A stretch of DNA of 64,000 bases from Syncephalis fuscata S228 (lineage: Eukaryota; Fungi; Zoopagomycota), in contig JAHLTZ010000029.1 in NCBI GenBank assembly GCA_025786725.1, positions 124,001 through 188,000 of the forward strand. Direction: 5' to 3'. The position numbers were made by a program, and so were the translations under genes. The notes below the pieces were generated by a model. It saw nothing but the letters and a program-made list of their open reading frames with translations. It was not told the origin of the DNA and did not search any database. This document shows, in pieces, positions 55,070 through 64,000 of this stretch (position 1 is its first letter; each line of letters opens with the position of its first letter).

Positions 55070-56371
55070 CTACCATCGACGAGTACGGCCCGAGCCATCT
55101 TGCAAAGGCTGGCCAGTATTATTGTAGTCATATTGATGGCTTGTAGTTCCATTAGAAGATTCGCCAGGGCTCTCCATCAATACTGGCGACTCTTCAAAAA
55201 GTACCTCGTCGGTTGTGCGATAGCCGCCGCTTTGTTGACTTGGTCGACGGGCATGGCCAAGCTTATAGCCGCGCTCATTTGGCGGTGACGCTGATGACGA
55301 CAATGATGCGGCCGCGACCGCGTTTGTTGGAGCCATAGCTGAATTGTACTCACTAGGTGTACCGCGACCTTGGCCATACGCGCCAGCTTGAATTGAAGTG
55401 TCAAGGTTCGTACGACCGTGTGGACGATGTGGCCAGCCGTAAGAACCAATCTCAATCGCGGTAATATGTGCCGAATCATTCTCGCGCAGCATAGATGATG
55501 TAGCACGGATCTGGCTATACCAAGTAATGTAGCAGTAGACAAGACAGTTGATCATTCCTCGTGACGATGTCATTATACCGTGCATTAGATTAAGCGCATA
55601 TGAACGCTCGCCATGAAAGGCAAAGGTATAAATGCGATTAAGCGTTGCCGGCGTCCAAACCAGCAGAAATGCCAAAAGATATAAAGAAACATTTTTGCCG
55701 TAGGTGTAACGATAGCTATTCGCGCCATTTGAATCACCACCACGCGCTACTATGTGTGCCCTCTGCCAAATAAGTCGACCAACTGCGAGGTAGGTAACAA
55801 AGTTAAAGAGAAATACAATCCACAATGGGCCGTAGAACAGTATTATTTGTGCAGTGGGCAGTCTGGGAGTGACCCAGCACCAAAGATCAGCATTACCGTA
55901 AATGCGTGTAGTTCCATCGACGTAAATAAAGATCGGTACTATGGCCCAGATAAGTGGCGCTGCATAGCATATAATCAGATGACGTCGTTCGTACTTTTGA
56001 ATATCGTCTACAGCTCGGCCACGATACATGATCCATATCAGGTTGATGGATATCATGCCCGTCCATAGAATAGATGAGATATCGCCCCATTGCATACCAG
56101 CCGCCTGCAGTTGGCAAAATGGATTGTTAGTGCCGGATATCGGTCCTAGTTGGCCAAATGCCATGCTAATGGAGGCAACAAAATCGGATATAGCCATGAA
56201 AAAGACGATCCGCGCAATGGCTGTCCGCATATGCTTCCAGTATAGATATGCGCAACAAGTGGCAATAGCGCCAAGAGCGCCAATCCCCGCGCTAATACCT
56301 GTCACAATCTCAAGCGTTAATATTTGTGAATGCGAGAATGAAGGCGGACCAATATCGTCAATCTCATCCAT
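55070..56371 (-). CDS. cAMP-receptor-like GPCR, copy 4 (intronless CDS)
   Basis: Seven hydrophobic segments; RIVFFMAISD, FCQLQA, WCWV, FYGPLW, KNVSLYLLAFLLVWTPATLNRIY, RGMINCLVY; first ATG at 56371. Confidence 0.92.
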   Translation of the reverse strand: MDEIDDIGPPSFSHSQILTLEIVTGISAGIGALGAIATCCAYLYWKHMRTAIARIVFFMAISDFVASISMAFGQLGPISGTNNPFCQLQAAGMQWGDISSILWTGMISINLIWIMYRGRAVDDIQKYERRHLIICYAAPLIWAIVPIFIYVDGTTRIYGNADLWCWVTPRLPTAQIILFYGPLWIVFLFNFVTYLAVGRLIWQRAHIVARGGDSNGANSYRYTYGKNVSLYLLAFLLVWTPATLNRIYTFAFHGERSYALNLMHGIMTSSRGMINCLVYCYITWYSQIRATSSMLRENDSAHITAIEIGSYGWPHRPHGRTNLDTSIQAGAYGQGRGTPSEYNSAMAPTNAVAAASLSSSASPPNERGYKLGHARRPSQQSGGYRTTDEVLFEESPVLMESPGESSNGTTSHQYDYNNTGQPLQDGSGRTRRW

Positions 56372-57831
56372 TATGTTAAATAATACAAAGAGATTGCTAG
56401 GCGGACAGGTAAACGAATAGATGAGTAAGCAAGCGGATAAACAAGTAGCTACACAAGTGCTGTAAGGGAAAATAGTTCTACTAATCGCCGATAGACACGC
56501 ACTCTTGTTTAATCCCTTTTTGGCGCAGCTAATTACCAACCAAGGCTTACAGAATAATAGTCTATCACCTATTCTTTACTGATCAAGAGCGTTAAACAAG
56601 CAAAGGACGTCAATTAAATAAAACTAAGCAGGTGTATTCTTGATCGTCAAAGAATAATAATGATAATAATAAATTGATGGTGTGTGTGTGTGTGTGTGTG
56701 TGTGTGTCAAGTATGTGAATAGATGTAAAATTGTGTGTGGGGTGTGTGACCGTCGGTGAAAAAAGGTTGTAAAAAGTAACAAGATTCAAAAACAACAGCC
56801 TACAAGTTACAAATGATTAAAGCAGCGATAGAGATGAAGAAAAAAAGAGAAAGTAGTAGCAACACTTAAAAGCTTAATGGTATGATTAAGAAAGCCAGAG
56901 CTGTATGTGCTTGCTTAACCTGTTGTTGTTATACGCACGGAGATTGCCAAACGTCGTTAGCAAGACCGCGTGCAGCTGACCACTCCCACACAGCTATGCA
57001 ACTTGAGCGTGTGTACGGAAGTAGCAAGTTGATACGTCAAATATGAAGGAGTCAGCCACGATAAGGAATCGACAGGTGCAGGAAAGCAGGTTAGAAGTAG
57101 CAGAAGAAATGCTGAAAAATTTCAAAGGCGTTAATAGTAGACGACTACTACTCGTGGGTCCTGTATAATTAATACGAGATATTCATTAACCAAAGAGAGA
57201 AAAGATCGTCAATAATACGTCAGCAGATGTAGATGGATATAGTGATCGGTTGTGATAAAGTAAATAGTAGTGTAAGTAGTGATTGATAATAAACGTTATA
57301 TCGTAAAAGATAAAATGTAGTCAATGTGTTGTTAGTGAGCCCATAGTATATTTTCTAAAACGAGGGCCATTTTATTATTTTAAAATATGCAGATAGGAAG
57401 AGAATGGTTGACGGAGTATATAATAAATGATAGACCCGTATGCCCATGCTGTTGCCATTTCATTGGCGTACATACATTTTTAGTAGTCATCCTCTTTACA
57501 ATTAGTGTGTGAGTATCTGGGACCAAACAAGTAGTAACCCATTGCTATTGCCAAAGATGGACCTCGTGTTTGATGCTACTAAATGTAGTAAACCTCATTT
57601 CGGTGTTATGGTAGCTGAAATTCTGTAGAGAGACCATCGCCACCTTTCCTCTCTATCAAGTACTCACTGCCATCTATTTTGTACCAATTGTAACAAAAAT
57701 GCTTCCTTGTGTTGTTTACCTCCTTATTTGGCAATTATAATTTATGTATTGATAAACTGATTACGGTATACAAATCATCACCACACTCTACTATCTCTTT
57801 CATTTGTTTGTTTTAACAAATCAATATCACC

Positions 57832-58041
57832 ATGAAGCTTTCTATTGTCGTCATTTGCACCGCTGTTGTGGCTTTGATAGCCGCTACAGCCATGGTGGAT
57901 GCTAAACCAGCCTTGTGTTGTGGCAAGGATCCTGCTAAATTATGCGATAAATGCATTGACAAATGTCACAAAAATTATCCTTATCCTAGTCTGGCCACTA
58001 GATATTGTCTTGGATATTGTCGCAAAGAATGCGATACATAA
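57832..58041 (+). CDS. Small secreted Cys-rich peptide (69 aa, 8 Cys after the signal peptide)
   Basis: Signal peptide ending VDA, followed by CC...CxxCxxxC...CxxxCxxxC. Confidence 0.85.
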   Translation: MKLSIVVICTAVVALIAATAMVDAKPALCCGKDPAKLCDKCIDKCHKNYPYPSLATRYCLGYCRKECDT

Positions 58042-58593
58042 TCAATGGTTTCAAGACATCAGCATTAATAGTGCAATTGAACCACTATTCAAATACACTT
58101 TAGGTATATATATTCGGTGAAAATCAAGACCATTTGACAACTGCGCCGTCTAGTCTATTTATATATCAAGTCTTGGCCAATGCTCCGGTTGATCCAGTCT
58201 TTAATAAACGAAATCATTATTTTACCAACAATTTTGCGCCTAATTGTTTTTATTACCTGTGCAAGCTTATAGTAATAAACTTATGGCTCCATCTTAAAAA
58301 AGATTACTATATACAGCTGCCATACAATTGGAAATAACATATTGTGGTACATCTATTAATATTCACATTTCTATTTTTATCTGATAGCTTTAGCACTGAT
58401 AACAGAAACTATCCAGATATAGAAGAAACAAACATTTACAAACCAATAAACGTGTTCATTTACAATCATTTTTATTCATACAATTTGTTGTGCTGCGTAT
58501 CATTACTGATAACCACCACAGCTGTCTCCGTTGTTTTAATTATACCAATCACACTTTGCTGTTCACTCGTTTGTTTCAGCAATCAGCACTACT

Positions 58594-58875
58594 ATGCAGC
58601 TTTATATTGGTGTGGCTTTTGTGGTCAATACAGCCATGATGGATGCTATGCCAGCTCTGATCCGTCGTGTTGATGCACTATTGGATAATAGAACGCCACT
58701 AATTGATAAACTTAGCTTGAGAAAAAACTTAAGATCGAAAATGAGAAAGATTAAGGTCAATGAAGAAATCCGGATCAAGGCGATTAAAATCATTAGCAAC
58801 AAAAAAGCCACAAACCTTCAAAATCACCTTGAAAAACTTGGAAATTTTATATGTTTACAAAAAAGAACCTTTTAA
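58594..58875 (+). CDS. Leader-family peptide with shortened signal and basic mature region, copy 1
   Basis: MQLYIGVAFVVNTAMMDAMPALIRR aligns with the leader of its neighbours and is followed by a Lys/Arg-rich region. Confidence 0.55.
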   Translation: MQLYIGVAFVVNTAMMDAMPALIRRVDALLDNRTPLIDKLSLRKNLRSKMRKIKVNEEIRIKAIKIISNKKATNLQNHLEKLGNFICLQKRTF

Positions 58876-59080
58876 AACGTATTGAAGAATATGAAGAAAG
58901 CAGAAAAAAATCTAGGTATGATAGAAATAGCAACAAATTTGTCAAAGATATAAAAACTTGGTCTATTCGACTGATCATCATCACACTATACTTCTTGTTA
59001 TACACGCACTACTCTTCACTCTATACCAATCACACTCTACGATCTCTTTTAGTTGTTTGTCTTAACAAATCAATATCATC

Positions 59081-59314
59081 ATGAAGCTTTCCGTTGCCGC
59101 CGTTTGCACCGTTGTCGTGACTTTGATAGCCGCTACAACAATGGTGGATGCTAAACCAGCTTTAGTTCGTCGTGGCCTTGTGGATTGGGCATGCAAGAAT
59201 GCCTGCAAAGAAATTTGTCTCAATAAGAAATGCGGCAGCAAGTCTGACACCTTGTGCAGAAAAGGCATGGGTCTTGTTTGCAAAGGATATTGCGACCACT
59301 ATAAATGCAAATAA
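59081..59314 (+). CDS. Small secreted Cys-rich peptide (77 aa, 8 Cys in mature region, RR processing site)
   Basis: MKLSVAAVCTVVVTLIAATTMVDAKPALVRR followed by CxxxCxxxCxxxxC...C...CxxxCxxxxC. Confidence 0.87.
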   Translation: MKLSVAAVCTVVVTLIAATTMVDAKPALVRRGLVDWACKNACKEICLNKKCGSKSDTLCRKGMGLVCKGYCDHYKCK

Positions 59315-59863
59315 TCAATGGTTTCAAGACATCAGCATTAGTAGTGCAATTGAACCACTATTCCAATACACTTTAGGTATATATATTCGGTGAAAATCAA
59401 GACCATTTGACAACTGCGCCGTCTAGTCTATTTATATATCAAGTCTTGGCCAATGCTCCGGTTGATCCAGTCTTTAATAAACGGAATCATTATTTTACCA
59501 ACAATTTTGCGCCTAATTGTTTTTATTACCTGTGCAAGCTTATAGTAATAAACTTATGGCTCCATCTTAAAAAAGATTACTATATACAGCTGCCATACAA
59601 TTGGAAATAACATATTGTGGTACATCTATTAATATTCACATTTCTATTTTTATCTGATAGCTTTAGCACTGATAACAGAAACTATCCAGATATAGGAGAA
59701 AACATTTACAAACCAATAAACGTGTTCATTTACAATCATTTTTATTCATACAATTTGTTGTGCTGTGTATCATTACTGATAACCACCACAGCTGTCTCCG
59801 TTGTTTTAATTATACCAATCACACTTTGCTGTTCACTCGTTTGTTTCAGCAATCAGCACTACT

Positions 59864-60145
59864 ATGCAGCTTTATATTGGTGTGGCTTTTGTGGTCAATA
59901 CAGCCATGATGGATGCTATGCCAGCTCTGATCCGTCGTGTTGATGCACTATTGGATAATAGAACGCCACTAATTGATAAACTTAGCTTGAGAAAAAACTT
60001 AAGATCGAAAATGAGAAAGATTAAGGTCAATGAAGAAATCCGGATCAAGGCGATTAAAATCATTAGCAACAAAAAAGCCACAAACCTTCAAAATCACCTT
60101 GAAAAACTTGGAAATTTTATATGTTTACAAAAAAGAACCTTTTAA
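59864..60145 (+). CDS. Leader-family basic peptide, copy 2 (identical protein to 58594)
   Basis: Part of the tandem duplication. Confidence 0.55.
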   Translation: MQLYIGVAFVVNTAMMDAMPALIRRVDALLDNRTPLIDKLSLRKNLRSKMRKIKVNEEIRIKAIKIISNKKATNLQNHLEKLGNFICLQKRTF

Positions 60146-60404
60146 AACGTATTGAAGAAAATGAAGAAAGCAGAAAAAAATCTAGGTATGATAGAAATAG
60201 CAACAAACTTGTCAAAGATATAAAAACTTGGTCTATTCGACTGAATAACTATGAGAGAGTGCACGTGATAATTATTATGAATTTATAAGAAACTGTCTTG
60301 ATACATTGTATTAATAACAATAATACTAGCACTATTGAATAATAGAATGGAATATGTTATAATCTTTGGTATATCAAATGAATAGTTGTAGCCTATTTGC
60401 TTTA

Positions 60405-61310
60405 TTACAAGTCATCAATAAGATTATTTGCTAAACTACAGGTAAGGCCGGTAGCATCGGGCTAGAAATAGCAAGATATAGAATGAGTAGTTGGATCAAT
60501 AAGCCGCATGTTCTACTTACCTCAATGTTGAGTTTAATAATTTTACCATGCTAAAACAATTCAAGTTAGGAAATTATCAATAAACACCATTCTACCTACC
60601 TCCAATACCATGGCAAATCGTTTGGATCTAATACCTCCCAATGCTCCTAGAATGATAAATTAGCAGATGTAGACAGGCATGCCTACTCATTGTATTAACC
60701 TGAAGCATCAAAAGAAAGACCAAGCTTGCTAACCAGCTCTGCTTGTGGATCAGCAAGTAGTGTTACCTAATAATTTTTACAAAATGTAAATATTATTGTT
60801 GTTTATATTATAACGTATTATTACATATTATTTACAAGTTAAACTATTCATACCTTTTCACCGGTTCCCAATTGATCTGCCCAAGCCTGTGTGACAAAAG
60901 CATCATTGACAGTGACGCATGCCACTTTCTCAATGCCTTTGTTCTTTAGTTCGTCATATGCCTTGATATAAGACGGCAAATGAGTCTAGAATGTATAATG
61001 GTTAGATAAAACATAACTATATTAATTCAATGCCATGTCAATAGCTATTTTTAAAGTCATCGCTATAATGATATGTTACCTTGGAACAACCGGGTGTAAA
61101 TGCACCAGGTACACCAATAAGTATGGCACGTCGATAGGGCTTAAAAAAGGCGAGCGCGTCGACGGCGTCACTAGGTCCTTTGCGACCATGTAGCCGAATG
61201 CTCGGCAGTGTATCGCCCGGCGCCACTGTCCATGAAACGCGTGAAGCATGAAATGCCCGCCGTCCTATCGCGCTGGCCATCATCATCGTTGATGTTGACA
61301 CTGTTATCAT
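60405..61310 (-). CDS. Peroxiredoxin-5-type (Prx5/Ahp1/Pmp20) with a mitochondrial presequence, multi-exon
   Basis: GRRAFHAS presequence, GVPGAFTPGCSK/THLP, VNDAFVTQAW, LLADP, RSKRFAMV, EPDATGLTCSLA. Confidence 0.92.
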
Positions 61311-62575
61311 GCCCGTCAAACTCTTGGTCGTCTATTCAAGTTGAAACACGGTCCGTCAAGGCGAGAATAATGTACATTGTTAAAAGATTGAACAGAATGC
61401 ACCATTGATGTATATGATGCACATCAATCCATTACTTACGGGTCGAATCATAGTTTTATATGATGTTAAACGATGTGTTATCAATAGATAGACGATGCTA
61501 TAATACGCCTTATTGTTATGCTTAAAACACCCACGTATATACGCAGTATACAATAATGGCAACAACAACACGTATAGGCAGTGTGCGGAGATGGAATGGA
61601 AAAAGAAAGGCCAATCGTTAAAATAGGCTGTAAAGTGTTTTATTGATTGCACGTTCGTCCTCTCGCCTTAATCCACGTCATCTTAAAAGAGTAGACTTCA
61701 ATGCATGTCCTACACTGCTGTACAACCAAGAATAGATGGAGCCTTTCAAATATAGCAGTTAACATTGGTTTAATACTTGCCATTACTAATATAGGTAAAA
61801 CCGAGCCATAGACCCCTATACTGTTTCCACTCAATTGCTATTTATCATTGGTATAGACTGTATCTGTATCTTATTACTTTTGCGTCAAAACATCATAATA
61901 CGATGATACAACGGTACAATGATGTTGATGCAGATACTGCAGCTACTATTGCCGCTAATGGTAGTAATAAAGTTTATACTAGAGGGCTCCATCCAAGAAT
62001 AGACTTTGACATATTGCTTGGCAGTAGCATCCATGGGTACTTCAAACATAGTTACATTAAAGACTCCGAGGTGTTTTATTTATAAGTAATGCTAGACTAT
62101 TCTGCACTCAATATGCGGGTCTATCTTCTAGATGCTTGAGAATACATAGCTTATCTCTTCCAGCTTCACTTATTCGCTCACTTCCATTCACACGCACTCA
62201 CTTTCTCGCCTTTCTTCACTTACTCCTCTCCACTAAGACTTAAATTGTGTCCTACCATCACGCACTAGCACATCACACCATCGCATTATCATCATAGGGA
62301 AAGTTCATGTGGTCGATTTACAAACACGCACACAGGCACTCACTTTCTTGCACTCCACAAACTTGAACTTATTCATCTCGTCTTTTTTGTTATTCGGCTG
62401 GCTGAAGCTTGCTTTTTCGCATTTCTCATTACTTGCGTTCGATTATCCTTCTATCTACATTCATTATATTTAGTAGACATTCCATAGTTATTATTCGACC
62501 AGTTTAATATTGGGTTGACCGAGACGGCACCTACTTCAATAGTGCAATTCTCTTCTAATAATTGTAACAAGCGCC

Positions 62576-64000
62576 ATGGCACTATCGAAAAAGCAAGATG
62601 AGCACCATCTAAAGTAATTGCTATTGAATATATAAAGAATTGCTATACTAAACTATGCTATTAGAGTGCTACGAGAGCTGTTGAAACTACCGGAGAATCG
62701 TCAATGTTTCGACTGTCCACAACGTGTAAGTGTGCTCAAGACGGAACAAAGACAAGGTGAATCGTTTGTTAACAGTGTACTTTATTAGGGACCTATCTAT
62801 GCCAATATGCTTAATAATACCTTTGTATGCGAGCAATGTTCGGGTTTACAGTAAGTAGGAGGGGGACAGTTTATGTTAAATTAGACCGGTTTAATTGATG
62901 TTTGTATCACATTAGTCGAGAATTGACTCATCGAATTAAATCCATTTCTGCATCACGATTTACGTTTCAAGAAATTCAAGCGTTACGCAATGGTGGAAAT
63001 CAGGTATGATAGCGACAATGGCTATTTAATGCTTTAGTGTGTGTGTGTGTGTTTATTGATTGTGTTTATAATAAATAGAAAGCAGCAGCTATTTGGATGG
63101 CTAAATGGGATGACAAAAAGGACCGTGTACCGGCTGTAAGTGATGCCATTCTTATGCGAAAGTATCTACGGCATAAATACGTGGAACGACGATGGATATC
63201 AGATGCACATGAACATTTGTATGAGCCAGCACCTACTGCTCGCTTTTTGGAAAAGACATCTTCATCGTCGTCATCTTTAACTAAATATTATTCTAAAGAT
63301 GATGTTGCTATGCGTCGGATTGGATCTAATCCAAGCGATCTTTCAATTGGCAAACTGGCATCTAGTCCACCCAGTAGCCATGGCAATGTAAGCGATTCAG
63401 GCTCACGAGCCATTGCTATTCGCCAACCTGGCACGCCAACTAGTAAAAATGGGCCATTAAAGAAGATTGGTATTATTAACGTAAATAGTCCACATTCAGT
63501 TACGGTATTTGATCGCTATAATCCAGTAGAGCCAAATAAAGTGGATCAACAACGAGAACGTAGCCATTCCAATGCATCTACTCGGCAATCAGGCTATAGT
63601 GGTAGCAGTCTAGTGGATGATGATGATGATGATGTTAGATACAGATCGGCAGGCGGAAAAGGTCAACGGCCCACTGATTTGACTGTAGTAACACGGCAAT
63701 ACTTGCGAGACACACGGCCAGCCAATACAGCATCTAATTTACCTGAAAATGATCGTGATGGTCTAGCACGTCGTGGTGGTCGGAAAGAACTTGAATACAA
63801 TGGCTATGGTCTAGAGTATAGCGACGAACCAGTCGATGAGTTTTTTGAGATTATGCGTGAACGTGTATCGGGTACACGAAGACCATCCTCGGAAGCCTCA
63901 TCGATTCGTAGTGGTGGCAATAATGGCAATAGTCTAAATAATCCCTTTTCAAAACGATCACAAGGTAAGTAATAGCAATAATAATAATAATAATAACAGT
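62576..64000 (+). CDS. ArfGAP-domain protein (AGFG/Gts1-like), partial
   Basis: LKLPENRQCFDC...FVCEQCSG...HRIKSISASRFT..EI..LRNGGN, KYVERRW; continues beyond the donor near 63965. Confidence 0.88.

Larger units (their letters stand above)
58038..60244. repeat. Near-identical direct duplication: 58038-58974 versus 59311-60244
   Basis: About 935 bp copies; by eye only a handful of substitutions and one 3-nt indel. Confidence 0.95.

Noticed and set aside
58134-58673. Duplicated ORFs 58134/59407 and 58344/59617
   Set aside because: They have non-ATG starts and no motifs; their identity is explained by the recent DNA duplication.

Overview
AT-rich, intron-dense eukaryotic DNA with short GT-AG introns, from an early-diverging fungus. 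Gene style and a lineage-type 7TM family suggest a Zoopagomycota mycoparasite such as Syncephalis, which is an inference. About 17 housekeeping genes are present: cystathionine gamma-synthase, LSM3, RPN3, UBC4, MSS4, a WRN-type exonuclease, VMA21, an SR-cyclophilin, an ariadne E3, EXO1, PXMP4, PTH2, a TRAP-alpha-like gene, a small basic mitochondrial protein, mitoferrin, PRX5 and an ArfGAP. There is also a cluster of six 7TM receptor genes (37-56 kb) and a tandem cluster of small secreted peptides (57.8-60.2 kb). The main finding is invisible to the ORF track: at 29470-31380 a secreted-peptide gene has its mature region spelled out by 20 micro-exons (18 x 3 nt, 2 x 6 nt), most separated by tandemly duplicated ~80-nt introns. 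Manual splicing gives an open, sensible peptide, MKFYIAILCVVVAAFVTNMAIVDAKIVLIRR-EPKEVEQQCVISKICNSWWPFCKKE*, whose leader is shared with the intronless peptide genes at 57.8-60.1 kb. Many conserved genes carry single-base indels, probably assembly errors, so single-base conclusions need caution.
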